From an uncultured Bacilli bacterium (GTDB taxonomy: Bacteria > Bacillota_I > Bacilli_A > RF39 > UBA660): a DNA stretch of 47,072 nucleotides. The notes beneath the pieces are model-generated. The model was not told the origin of the DNA. It did not search any database and saw only the letters and a program-made list of their open reading frames with translations. Below are positions 27,185-37,029 of this stretch, one piece after another; position 1 is the stretch's first letter, and the number at the start of each line of letters is the position of its first letter. The position numbers were made by a program, and so were the translations under genes. Location: assembly GCA_904374795.1 (NCBI GenBank), contig CAJFEV010000002.1, positions 1 to 47,072 on the forward strand, read 5' to 3'.

Positions 27185-28081
27185 ATGAAAGAATATCATT
27201 TAAAAGAACCTATTAAAAAATATTTGCATTCTTTACAATATGAAAGAAAACTTAGCAAAAATACGATAAACTCTTATGAAGAAAATCTTTATCTTTTTCA
27301 AGAATTTTTGAAACAAAAAGATCTTTTTCAAGTTACTAAGGAGGATATTTTAGCTTTTTTAAAACAAGAGAATCACAAAGCTGCGACTACTAAAGCGCAT
27401 TATTTTACGGTTATTCAAAATTTTTATCTTTTTTGTGTCGAAGAAGGATTAACTAAAGAAAATCCATGTGAAACGATTCATATGCCTAAACTTCCAGAAA
27501 AACTTCCTAATTATTTAACTTATGAAGAGGTGGATCGACTTCTTAATATGCCTTTGTATACTCCCTATGACTACCGTACTAAAGCAATGTTAGAGCTTTT
27601 GTATGCTACGGGTATGCGAGTTAGTGAACTTCTTTCTTTACGTTTTACTAATGTAGATTTGGAAAATTTTTTGGTTCGAGTTGAAGGGAAGGGGAGTAAA
27701 GAGCGAGTTATTCCTTTTAATGAAACGAGTAAAGAATATTTAGAAAAATATATTTATACCTATCGTCCTTTACTTATTAAAAATGGGAAAAATTATGATG
27801 AACTTTTTTTAAATAATCGTGGAACCCCTTTGACTAGACAAGGATTATTTAAACTTCTTAAAGCTTTATGTCGAAAAGCTTCCATTACGAAAAATGTAAG
27901 TCCACATGTTTTAAGGCATTCGTTTGCAACTCATTTATTAGATGCTGGAACCGATTTGCGGGTAATTCAAGAGTTTTTGGGTCATGAAAATATTAGTACT
28001 ACTCAAATTTATACGCATGTATCTAAAGAACATGTAAAAAAAGAATATCTTGAAGCACATCCGCGTAGTAAAAAAGAATGA
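27185..28081 (+). CDS. xerD: Site-specific tyrosine recombinase XerD-like
   Basis: LYATGMRVSEL, GKGSKERVIP, SPHVLRHSFATHLL, LGHENISTTQIYTH; start at 27185 (ATG) or 27176 (GTG). Confidence 0.85.
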   Translation: MKEYHLKEPIKKYLHSLQYERKLSKNTINSYEENLYLFQEFLKQKDLFQVTKEDILAFLKQENHKAATTKAHYFTVIQNFYLFCVEEGLTKENPCETIHMPKLPEKLPNYLTYEEVDRLLNMPLYTPYDYRTKAMLELLYATGMRVSELLSLRFTNVDLENFLVRVEGKGSKERVIPFNETSKEYLEKYIYTYRPLLIKNGKNYDELFLNNRGTPLTRQGLFKLLKALCRKASITKNVSPHVLRHSFATHLLDAGTDLRVIQEFLGHENISTTQIYTHVSKEHVKKEYLEAHPRSKKE

Positions 28082-28104
28082 TAAAACATCATCATTCTTT
28101 TTTT
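28069..28104. terminator. Bidirectional intrinsic terminator
   Basis: AAAAAAGAATGAT-AAAACATC-ATCATTCTTTTTT between convergent genes. Confidence 0.7.
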
Positions 28105-28108
28105 GGAA

Positions 28109-28213
28109 TTAACAATTCTTACGTTCTTCTCTACGTTGTTCTTCTTTTCTAGAATTTTGTCTGTTTTCATTTTTTCTAGAACGATTTTGTTTTTGCTTAT
28201 TATTTTTTTTCAT
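28109..28213 (-). CDS. Small basic hydrophilic peptide (34 aa), candidate spore protein
   Basis: MKKNNKQKQNRSRKNENRQNSRKEEQRREERKNC; GGAGGT RBS; not in the ORF track. Confidence 0.6.
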   Translation of the reverse strand: MKKNNKQKQNRSRKNENRQNSRKEEQRREERKNC

Positions 28214-28233
28214 TTCAATTTACCTCCCACTAG

Positions 28234-28262
28234 TATTATGGATGGTGTTCATTTTTTCATAC
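28234..28262 (-). promoter_or_regulatory. Candidate sigmaG promoter
   Basis: GTATG-N17-CATAATA on the minus strand just upstream of the RBS. Confidence 0.5.
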
Positions 28263-28329
28263 GAGAAAAATTTTATTTTATTTGCCAATGTTTGGTATTT
28301 CATGTAAAATAGTATTTAGGTGACGAGGA

Positions 28330-29376
28330 ATGAAGAAATATTATGTAATGGGGTCAAAAAATAAGGTTGCGCATATTTTGCGAGTTCCTATAATCCAAGA
28401 AGACCAAGTGTTTGTCGAACGAGAATTTCCAGATATTACCTTTATTGATGCGCTTTTTACTTTAAATCTAACTAAAAATGAAATTCTTTCTTTACTCCAA
28501 GAGTATAATCCTTCTTTTTTTCAAAATACAAATGAAAAAGATATGGATATATTTATTGCTAGAGTTAGCTTTAACGAAAAGAAAAAAACTTATGCTGTTC
28601 GTTTTTATGACCTTTTATATAGATATTCTTCTTTAAGAGTAGCTCCAAAAATTGAAGAGGGTATAAAAAAAGAAGCTTTAGAAAGAATGGAATCTGTTCA
28701 AAATCAACAAAAGATTTTATTACAATTAGATAATAAATTTAAAAATTTTCTTCATCTTTTACTTTCTTATACAACAGGTTCTCCTGATACAAAATGTTTT
28801 CTTTTGCGACCGGAAAGTATAGTAGATCCGGAAATCAAAAAAAATATTCGCAGTTATTATAGAAGTACGGATTATTTAGTTTATCATAAGTTAGAAACTG
28901 ATTTGCGATCTTATAAGAATCTTCGAGGCTTTTGTTTAGAGTTTTTACAATCTAATTCATTAAATCCAGTAAACTTTAAAGAAAAGAATTTTGAACGAAA
29001 ACATTATGTATATCCAAGTGAATTGTTTGGTTATCCTTATGATTTTACTTTGACTCTTGATGAAATAAATTATATTCCTAGGGATTATGTGCCTCCCGTG
29101 TCTTATGAAGACGAAATGGTCGCTTTTGAAGCAAAAATTTTTCAGTATATTCTTCAACAACCTTTTTCAAATCCAGAAATGCAATATTATTATGAGCAAG
29201 GAGGAATTTCTGCGATATTTGAAAACATGGATGCAAATGATATTTATGGAGTTTTAACTGATGAAGATAAAGTAAAATTAAATCTTTTATCCATACAGAA
29301 GTATGTAGAAATGAATTGGTCAAAAATTTATCAATATTTGCAAAATGATAACAAAAAACAAAGAAGAAGTAAGTAG
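28330..29376 (+). CDS. Hypothetical protein
   Basis: 348-aa ORF with AGGTGA/GAGG RBS; no recognised motif. Confidence 0.7.
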   Translation: MKKYYVMGSKNKVAHILRVPIIQEDQVFVEREFPDITFIDALFTLNLTKNEILSLLQEYNPSFFQNTNEKDMDIFIARVSFNEKKKTYAVRFYDLLYRYSSLRVAPKIEEGIKKEALERMESVQNQQKILLQLDNKFKNFLHLLLSYTTGSPDTKCFLLRPESIVDPEIKKNIRSYYRSTDYLVYHKLETDLRSYKNLRGFCLEFLQSNSLNPVNFKEKNFERKHYVYPSELFGYPYDFTLTLDEINYIPRDYVPPVSYEDEMVAFEAKIFQYILQQPFSNPEMQYYYEQGGISAIFENMDANDIYGVLTDEDKVKLNLLSIQKYVEMNWSKIYQYLQNDNKKQRRSK

Positions 29377-29437
29377 CAATTCTCCTTCTTTTTTAATAAA
29401 ATATAGATAGGAAACATAAAATTTAGCAGGTGATTTT

Positions 29438-30193
29438 ATGTCTTTTTTAATGCCTTTAGTTATTTCCTCTGTTGCGGGGCTTTCTACTGTATTGGGTTCT
29501 TTAGTGATTTTTAAGAAATGGAAAAGAGAAAACATTAATAAGTTCATTACATTTTGTTTAAGCTTATCCTTAATTATCATGATTGGCATTTCGATAACTG
29601 AATTAATACCAGAAGCCAGTTATTCTATTCTTGTTGAATATAAATTAGCTAAAGGAGTACTTATTTCATTAATTATTTTTTTAATAGGCGTTTTAAGTGT
29701 TTATTTTATAAATAAAAAAATAGAGAAGAGTAGTAGTAACGATTTAGATTTGTATCGTTTAGGAATACTTTCTATGCTTGCTTTAATGTTACATAATCTT
29801 CCAGAAGGAATTGTTACATTTTTAAGTAGCTATCAAGATATGGAATTAGGTTTAAAAATCAGTGTTGCCATTATGCTTCATAATATTCCAGAAGGAATTA
29901 GTATAGCCGTGCCGATTTATTATGCTACAGGCAGTAGAAAAGAAGCTGTTAAAAAAACTTTTATTTCTGGTTTAGCTGAGCCTTTGGGTGCTGTATTAGC
30001 TTTTCTTTTTTTAAGAAATTTTATAACTGATGCAATGATTGGACTTATTTTGATTTTTGTTGCCGGTCTTATGATTACTTTAGCTATTCACGAACTTTTA
30101 CCCAAAGCCTTAAGTTATCACGAAAATAAATATATTTTCTTTGGCTTTTTCACGGGAATAATCCTTTTACTAATTAATCATTTTGTTTTTTAA
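29438..30193 (+). CDS. zupT: ZIP-family metal transporter (ZupT/GufA)
   Basis: LHNLPEG and LHNIPEG motifs, SGLAEPLG, HELLP; multiple TM helices. Confidence 0.9.
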   Translation: MSFLMPLVISSVAGLSTVLGSLVIFKKWKRENINKFITFCLSLSLIIMIGISITELIPEASYSILVEYKLAKGVLISLIIFLIGVLSVYFINKKIEKSSSNDLDLYRLGILSMLALMLHNLPEGIVTFLSSYQDMELGLKISVAIMLHNIPEGISIAVPIYYATGSRKEAVKKTFISGLAEPLGAVLAFLFLRNFITDAMIGLILIFVAGLMITLAIHELLPKALSYHENKYIFFGFFTGIILLLINHFVF

Positions 30194-30252
30194 AACTTGT
30201 ATTTCATTTTCTTTTATTATAAGATTATAAATAAGAAAGAGAGTGGAGTAGT

Positions 30253-30565
30253 ATGTTAAAAAAGCAAGAGCATACGAAAAATATTGATAGAGGAAGAGTA
30301 TATCCAATTTTAGACCAAATTTTTATAGAATATGATAAAGATTTTCGCAAAAGTTTTTTATTTTCGGAATTCCAAGACAATTTAGCTTTAAAAGAAGTTC
30401 TTCAGGAACTTAAATAAACTAATGGAAAAAAATTTATTAAAATTTCTTATGGTAAAAAAAGCTTTACATTAACAAATTATGCTATTAGGTATTTAAGAAC
30501 TATTTATGCTGAATATAATAGATATGAAATTAATCATAAATTAAATGTTACATCTCTTCTGATTT
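30253..30565 (+). pseudogene. Disrupted hypothetical gene
   Basis: GGAG RBS plus ATG at 30253, in-frame TAA at 30415, same frame continues open until it runs into the IS remnant. Confidence 0.45.
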
Positions 30566-30881
30566 CTATATTAGCGATGTGGACTTATCTAATGTACTAA
30601 CTGGTTTTCTGGAGCGATTGCCATGTACAAAAGCTGATTTGCCTTTCTCCTTATATTTAACAATAAGACGATCAATTTGTCTTCTTGATAAACTGAGCTT
30701 TTTACTAGCTCTGTTTTTATTTCTGTTATGATCTACTAAATCTTTAATCACTTCATATTTCATTTGTTCATTCATTCTTAATTCAACCTTTCTCATATTC
30801 ATCACCAAGTGATGTATTCTACAGTACTTTTGAGACATAATCAAATACTAACACTTAAGACATTATCATATGCTAATCATA
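30566..30881 (-). mobile_element. IS1202-like (ISNCY) remnant: left end plus transposase N-terminus
   Basis: MRKVELRMNEQMKYEVIK...RASKKLSLSRRQIDRLIVKYKEKGKSAFVHGNRSRKP from 30796; terminal sequence TATGATTAGCATATGATAATGTCT reading from 30881. Confidence 0.8.
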
Positions 30882-31073
30882 TAATAAATAAAAAAATATA
30901 TCAGTAAAAAAGAGTGAAATAGTTTAAAAGAGAAAACTTTATGAAAAAAGGAAAAAGAAAAGTTCATAAAGTTTTTTTTCGCATAAAATAAGGCACGACA
31001 AAAAGAATTCCTGTAAAGAAATTACAAAAAATCATCAACTCTAGTTTTCAAAGAACAAAAAATTTAGTATAAT

Positions 31074-32162
31074 TTAATCATCAAATCTAAGTTGAAAGCT
31101 TAAATCAGAGCTGACTAGATTTGTGATTGTTGAAGAAATAAGCGAGTTGATGATTAAGGAGCTTATTTCTTTTTTAGTCACAAAAGATTTTACTTCTCTT
31201 AATGATGCAAAACCATATTCTAATAATTGTCTGATCGTATGAGCAATTTGAATAAATAAATAGTGAATTTTTAAACCGTTTTCATGTCTAGAACAAAGAT
31301 GAGAAATGTTGAATGTTCCATTTTTCTGTTCATTAAATCCTTCGTTTTCAATCTTCCAACGTTTTCTACCCATAGCAACAATTAGTTCAATATTATGTGA
31401 ATCAATCTGTAAGTTACTAATGTAATTGAATGTAGTAGTTTGATTATTTTTTGTTTCTATATATCGAAAAGCATTGAACGTATTTTCTTTAAAAGTTATT
31501 CCAGAGGATAAAAAATAATTTTCTTTATTTACTTCATTTTGATCATGGATATTATCTTCAAATTGTTCAAAAACTGTTTTAAGACGATTTTGTTTTAAAT
31601 TAAAAATATAATACCACTTATGATCATTACAAATATCTATCATGGGAGTTGTAGCATATAAAGCATCCCCAGTCACAATAAATTTTAATTTAGGATAATT
31701 TTTTTTAATTCGAGAAGCCATTCTTTTAAAAGCATTGGTTTCACAATCTTGTTTTTGCTTTTCAGTATTCATATCAATATTTTCAATCCATTCAGAATCA
31801 ATACTTATTACAAAGTTACCGAAGAGGACTTTAGCTTCTAAAACATACTTATAATATTTCGTTTTTCCATCTCTAGTTCTAGAAAGGCAATTGCCATTCA
31901 AGTTATAATCTAATGCAGTAAGACCAGTAGCATCTACAATCAATTGGATAGAACCATTATAACGAAACCGATCAAACATTTTACTTCTAAGAAGAGCAGT
32001 AAAAATGTATTTTCTAATTTCATCAATTTCCTTGTAATTTAAAGTTTCAATGACATCTTGAATTGTTTGCCAGTTAGGAATTTCTTTTAACTCTTGATTA
32101 CAAATAGTAGACAAGTTTTTGATAGCTTGTTCAGTGTTAAACTTAGAATTAATTTCGGTCAT
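31074..32162 (-). mobile_element. DDE transposase (DDE_Tnp_1 / IS4-ISAs1-like), 5'-truncated
   Basis: IVDATG, KQDCETNAFKR, VTGDALY, GRKRWKIENEGF; frame continues upstream (RLFALLCGITT) but the N-terminus appears missing. Confidence 0.82.
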
Positions 32163-32568
32163 AGTTGTAATCCCACATAATAAAGCAAATAAACGGGTTG
32201 GTGGTGCAACAAAGAAAAGAAAAAAGCCTTATTTTATAAGGGCTTTGAAATTTCGTGGTGCATTCCCATATCCTGTTGTAATTAAAATTTTAACTATTTT
32301 TAGAAATGAAGGTAAAATTTGACATGGAAACAGAATTATTTATAGAAAAAATATTCAGAAAAAATTATTAGAACAGTTTTATACCGATATAGAATTTCCA
32401 ATTGATAAAGATGTAAAAATTGAACCAGGTCTTGTTAGATTTTGTGAAAAAAATAATTTTTATAGTAATAAAATTATGGATTAATTTTATACAGGTTAAT
32501 GACTTTATGTTTAAAAATTGTTATAATATATTTGTCAAAATTAATAAAATTTTAAAAGAGGGCTATAT

Positions 32569-33612
32569 ATGAAAGAAATTTATGATAAATTGAATTATTA
32601 TTTAAATGATATTTGTAATTATTTAGAAAAAGAGCACCCATTTTTATTAGAAAATATTGATAAAATTTGTAGGATAAATGATGCATTTTTACGATTTTTA
32701 GAAAGTTACTCTTTAGACAATAAAACTATTCAAAATAATTTAACTTATGAAGAAGTTTATTATCTGGCAAGAGAAATTATAGAAAATATTGATAAAAATT
32801 ATTTAGAAAGTTTTGATAATTTAATACAAAGTGGAGAATTAGATTTTAGTTATGAAAATGATTATAATGATTCAGAATGCGTAAGTTTGTATAAAAATGA
32901 GAAAGTAGTAAAGCAAATTATTAATATTAATAGAGAGTTTAATTACAACGATGTAAGACTTTTAGTTCATGAATTTATTCATTATACAAATGGAAAAAAA
33001 CAATCAATAAATAGAAATTATTTTGGCGAATTTTTATCGATTTATTTTGAATTCTATGCAATTGACTATTTACTTAAGAAAGGTATTAGCAAAGAAGAAA
33101 TAGATTATTTATATAGAATAAAAAATGCAAAAAGGCATTCAACTATATTCTATCAATATGAAATTATTTTATTAGCATATACAAAATTTGGAAATTTAGA
33201 TGATAATACTTTAACTTTATTACAAGAATACTTTTTAAATATTAAAAGGGAAGTCTTTGAAAAAGAATGTACTACATTATGTAAAAACTTGTGTATAGCT
33301 GAGGAAAAAAATAAAGATAGAATTAAAGAAAATCCAAATGAACTTGGATGTGCTTTGGCAGAAGAATTTATGGCATATAATTATAAATATATATTAGGTA
33401 CTTTTTTAGCAGTTTATGCTCATAAGTATTCTGATTTTAATGATATTGTAAATTTAAATAATCATATTAATGAATTTAATGATAAAACAGTTTATGATAT
33501 TTGCTCTGGTATAGGTATTGATTTAAATGATGAAGATTTTTCCCAAAAATTATTCAGTTCTATGGATGAATATATAAACACTAAACAAATTGATCACAAG
33601 AAAGGCATTTAA
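32569..33612 (+). CDS. HExxH zinc-metallopeptidase-like protein (gluzincin / M3-like)
   Basis: LVHEFIHY followed by FGEFLSIYFE; own TTGACT...TATAAT promoter region and GAGG RBS. Confidence 0.7.
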   Translation: MKEIYDKLNYYLNDICNYLEKEHPFLLENIDKICRINDAFLRFLESYSLDNKTIQNNLTYEEVYYLAREIIENIDKNYLESFDNLIQSGELDFSYENDYNDSECVSLYKNEKVVKQIININREFNYNDVRLLVHEFIHYTNGKKQSINRNYFGEFLSIYFEFYAIDYLLKKGISKEEIDYLYRIKNAKRHSTIFYQYEIILLAYTKFGNLDDNTLTLLQEYFLNIKREVFEKECTTLCKNLCIAEEKNKDRIKENPNELGCALAEEFMAYNYKYILGTFLAVYAHKYSDFNDIVNLNNHINEFNDKTVYDICSGIGIDLNDEDFSQKLFSSMDEYINTKQIDHKKGI

Positions 33613-33646
33613 AGTCAATAATAAATAAAAAAATATATTAAAATAA

Positions 33647-34127
33647 TGTCAATAGTTTTTGAAAATGTCTCAAAAAAATTTAAACATTAACGGGAAAATA
33701 TTCTCGTTTTTGTTTGAAATTTTATATCTATTCTTATAAAAGTCAAGATAAGTTTGAATATTAACAAGCAGGAATATCAAACTTAAGCATAATTAGTTAA
33801 TATTTGATATAACACATGGTAGTAGCCATTTAATGTTTCTTGTGTATCAAAATAAGCTCCAACAATCGTAGAAGTTGCTTTATCGATAGCAAGATGTAAA
33901 CAAGCTTTTTTATCTCCAAACCAATGATGAATGGAACCATCTTGTTCAATGATTTCACCAAAATATTTAGGTTTTTCTCCTCTAGGGTGGGAATCCTCTA
34001 AAGCTATTTCATGACTGATAATCGTTTCTATTTGCTCTTCAGACATAGCTAGATTGATTTTCTTTTCTTGAAAAAGTTTTTTCTTTGCAAATTCACGTTT
34101 TGTTTTCTTTCTAGCCTTAGGGGATAG
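33647..34127 (-). mobile_element. IS1202-like (ISNCY) remnant: internal transposase fragment plus right end
   Basis: HPRGEKPKYFGEIIEQDGSIHHWFG...LHLAIDKATSTIVGAYFDTQETLNGYY; end TGTCAATAGTTTTTGAAAATGTCTCAA at 33647 aligns ungapped (19/27) with the left end at 30881. Confidence 0.8.
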
Positions 34128-34453
34128 TGGATTGTCAACACTTTTTTAGACAATTTTTATAAGGACAACCCCAAACGATATGCTACAGGTGTTTGGTAAT
34201 TTAGTGAACCATGAATTCGCACATTGTTATACCAATTCACATAGTCAAATAATTCACGTTCTAATTCTTCTAAATTTGCAAATCTTCTGTTGAATGCAAA
34301 CTCTGTTTTAAAAATTTTATAGGTTGCTTCTGCGACTGCATTATCATACGGACACCCTTTTTTAGATAAAGAACGCTTAATATGAAATATATTGATTACC
34401 TCATCAATTAGTTTGTTTTTGAATTCATTCCCTCTGTCTGTATGAAATATTTT
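34128..34453 (-). mobile_element. IS3-family remnant (integrase-core C-terminus plus right end) inserted in the ISNCY transposase
   Basis: Minus-strand translation HTDRGNEF...SLSKKGCPYDNAVAEATYKIFKTE...YVNWYNNVRIHGSLNYQTP, stop at 34157; terminal TGGATTGTCAACAC at 34128; not in the ORF track. Confidence 0.88.
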
Positions 34454-34966
34454 ATCTGATATTTTTGACTTTCAGAATTGCAAATAAAAAACATTTTCAT
34501 TATATGATATGTAAAAACTGTTTCTTAAATTTGCATCGAGATTTTAAAAGGTCAATATATATTTGCTTGCAGTTATTATACTTTAAAATATGGTTAATTG
34601 TAGAGGAAAATAAGAACTAAAAAATATTTTCATGTGTTAGTAATTCATCGTTGGTTTACATAATATACATTATGCAATATTTAAATTTGCAATAAAAATT
34701 GTTTTATAAATGCTTATTTGCTTTGTTTTTTCATTTTATTAATATTGATTTTGTTTTTTATAAAATTCATTTGTTTTAACATTTTAATTTTTTTATTATG
34801 TATTATTAATTATATTAATTATTTCATTTAGTTCTTATTATTGTATTATTGTATGGTTTGCTAATTTGCATCGAAATTTGAAAAGATGAATAATTATGCA
34901 TTCAGTGCATCAAAATCTTTATCTTCCCTCTTTTTCCATATTTAAAAAGTAGGGGACTTGCAACAA

Positions 34967-34992
34967 AAAATACTAGAGTAGTCTAGTATTTT
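34967..34992 (-). terminator. Intrinsic terminator
   Basis: AAAATACTAGA-GTAG-TCTAGTATTTT. Confidence 0.7.
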
Positions 34993-35782
34993 ATTCGTTA
35001 CCAATCATTGAACCACGTGATTCAATTTCAGCGATTTTTTCAAAAACTTCTTCAGCGTTATTTACATTAATTTCTGTATAGCCAAGTTCTTTTAAAGCTT
35101 GAATTCGTACGGTATTTAATTGTTGAGTACGACTTAATTTTTCTTCATTTTTCTTTTCAATTTCTTGAACGAAACGACGATGAGATTCTGCTAATTTGCT
35201 ACGTGAAGCTCCCCCATTGTTATAAAGTGTTAGGGCAGAGTAAAGAATTCCTTCGAAAATGAATTGTTTATCTTCATTGAATTTAAATTCATCTGGTTTT
35301 GTAAATCCTGTTATTTTTGACATATATCCAAAAATATATTTTATTTCTGGTACATTACTCATTGATTGCAACATATGGAATAAGTATAAAAGAGCGTAAT
35401 AGTTCTCTTCCCTTTTCTCTTCATCACTAAGTTTTTCTTTGAGTAAATTTACAATGTCTGTTAAAAGAACTTGAGATTCTTTATTTAAATTTTTTAAATC
35501 TAAATAATTGTCTATATCATTTGCATTTTTCATGCCTTGATTCAAACGATTTTCAACGCTCATTAAATAATCTGTTGTTACATTAATTTTTTCTAAAGCT
35601 TTGTCTGAATCATCTGTTATATCTAATAATTTATAAAGAAGAATTTTTTTCTCTTTAGGCCATTTATTTATATCATCGAGTTCAAGATAATTGTATACCA
35701 TTTGTCTAGAAACTCCTAGATATTTTGCTAGTCTTACCTTTGAAATTCCTAATTCTTGTAATAATTCATTTAATTTGTTCAT
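34991..35782 (-). CDS. N-terminal HTH (XRE-like) protein with large helical C-terminal domain
   Basis: LLQELGISKVRLAKYLGVSRQMVYNY. Confidence 0.75.
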   Translation of the reverse strand: MNKLNELLQELGISKVRLAKYLGVSRQMVYNYLELDDINKWPKEKKILLYKLLDITDDSDKALEKINVTTDYLMSVENRLNQGMKNANDIDNYLDLKNLNKESQVLLTDIVNLLKEKLSDEEKREENYYALLYLFHMLQSMSNVPEIKYIFGYMSKITGFTKPDEFKFNEDKQFIFEGILYSALTLYNNGGASRSKLAESHRRFVQEIEKKNEEKLSRTQQLNTVRIQALKELGYTEINVNNAEEVFEKIAEIESRGSMIGNE

Positions 35783-35880
35783 TTTCTATGCCTACTCTCT
35801 TTTTAATATTTACATTATAATTATATCTACTTAACATTTTTGTGTCAAGTAAAAGGGCATGAAATTTTTGGAAAAGTCTT

Positions 35881-36999
35881 TTAATCACTTAAATACCAAA
35901 GTTTTTCATTATTTTTAAAAACTTCTTTTATAATCCCGCTTCCTAAGCATTCTTCACCAAGATAAAAAACACAAAACTGACCTGGAGTTACGGATTTTAC
36001 TTGTTCTGGATATGTAACTTTTACTTCATCATTTTCTAAATAATCGATTTGAACTGCATAATCGCTACCACGGTAGCGAAATTTTGCGGTACAAAAAGTA
36101 GGATGTGTGGCACTTATCCAATTGACTTGTTCTAAAGTACAGCTGTCACTCATTAAGTAAGAGCTATCTTCGCCAAAAGCAACATATAAAATGTTTTTAG
36201 AAACGTTTTTGCCACATACATAGTGTCTTTCTTTAAATCCTGATAACCCTACATTTTTTCGTTGACCTATAGTATAGTTCATGAGGCCGGTGTGTCTTCC
36301 AATAACTTCATTTGTTTCTACATTGACGATATCTCCTGGATTTGGTTTTAGATAGTTATGAATAAACTCTTGAAAATGTCTTTCTCCAATAAAGCAAATG
36401 CCTGTTGAATCTTTTTTAGAAGCTACGTTTAGCTTTGCTTCTTCAGCAATTTTACGTACTTCTGGTTTTGTTAAATTGCCAACAGGAAATAAAACGTCTT
36501 TTAATTGGTCAGGTGTAAGCTGCGCTAGGAAATACGTTTGGTCTTTGTTCGTGTCTATTCCTCTTAAAAGTTTGCCATTTTCCATTCTTGCATAATGTCC
36601 AGTTGCCATATATTTTGCCCCTAATTTGTAGGCTTCTTTTTTAAATACATCAAATTTAATATATTTATTGCATAGTAAGTCTGGATTAGGTGTTCGGCCC
36701 TTTTTTAATTCTTCTAAAAAATAGGTGAAAACGTTATCCCAGTATTCTTTTATAAAATCTACTCGATGTAGAGGTATACCTAAAATTTGACAAGCTTTTA
36801 AAGCATCTTGATAATCTTGTTCTTGAGGACAAATAGAGTTATCTATGGTTGGATTTCCTAAAACATCGTTATTTAATGATGCGTCCCAGTTTCGCATGAA
36901 TAATCCTTCTACTTCATATCCTTCTTTTAGTAAAAGATAAGCACTTACTGCAGAGTCTACTCCTCCACTCATTCCAACAATTACTTTTTCCTTTTCCAT
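35881..36999 (-). CDS. mnmA: tRNA-specific 2-thiouridylase MnmA
   Basis: GMSGGVDS, TPNPDLLCNKYIKF, ATGHYA, KDQTYFL, KKDSTGICFIGER, YTIGQR. Confidence 0.97.
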   Translation of the reverse strand: MEKEKVIVGMSGGVDSAVSAYLLLKEGYEVEGLFMRNWDASLNNDVLGNPTIDNSICPQEQDYQDALKACQILGIPLHRVDFIKEYWDNVFTYFLEELKKGRTPNPDLLCNKYIKFDVFKKEAYKLGAKYMATGHYARMENGKLLRGIDTNKDQTYFLAQLTPDQLKDVLFPVGNLTKPEVRKIAEEAKLNVASKKDSTGICFIGERHFQEFIHNYLKPNPGDIVNVETNEVIGRHTGLMNYTIGQRKNVGLSGFKERHYVCGKNVSKNILYVAFGEDSSYLMSDSCTLEQVNWISATHPTFCTAKFRYRGSDYAVQIDYLENDEVKVTYPEQVKSVTPGQFCVFYLGEECLGSGIIKEVFKNNEKLWYLSD

Positions 37000-37029
37000 A
37001 TTGCACTTCCTTAACTTCTATCTATTATA

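Noticed and set aside
27185-28081. XerD as a dedicated recombinase for the immunity array
   Set aside because: About 7 kb away among core genes and looks like the housekeeping enzyme; no evidence of linkage
32320-32322. In-frame TGA as a sign of genetic code 4
   Set aside because: TGA terminates several intact genes (e.g. 3292, 15375, 28081) and Trp is encoded by TGG throughout, so standard code 11 applies
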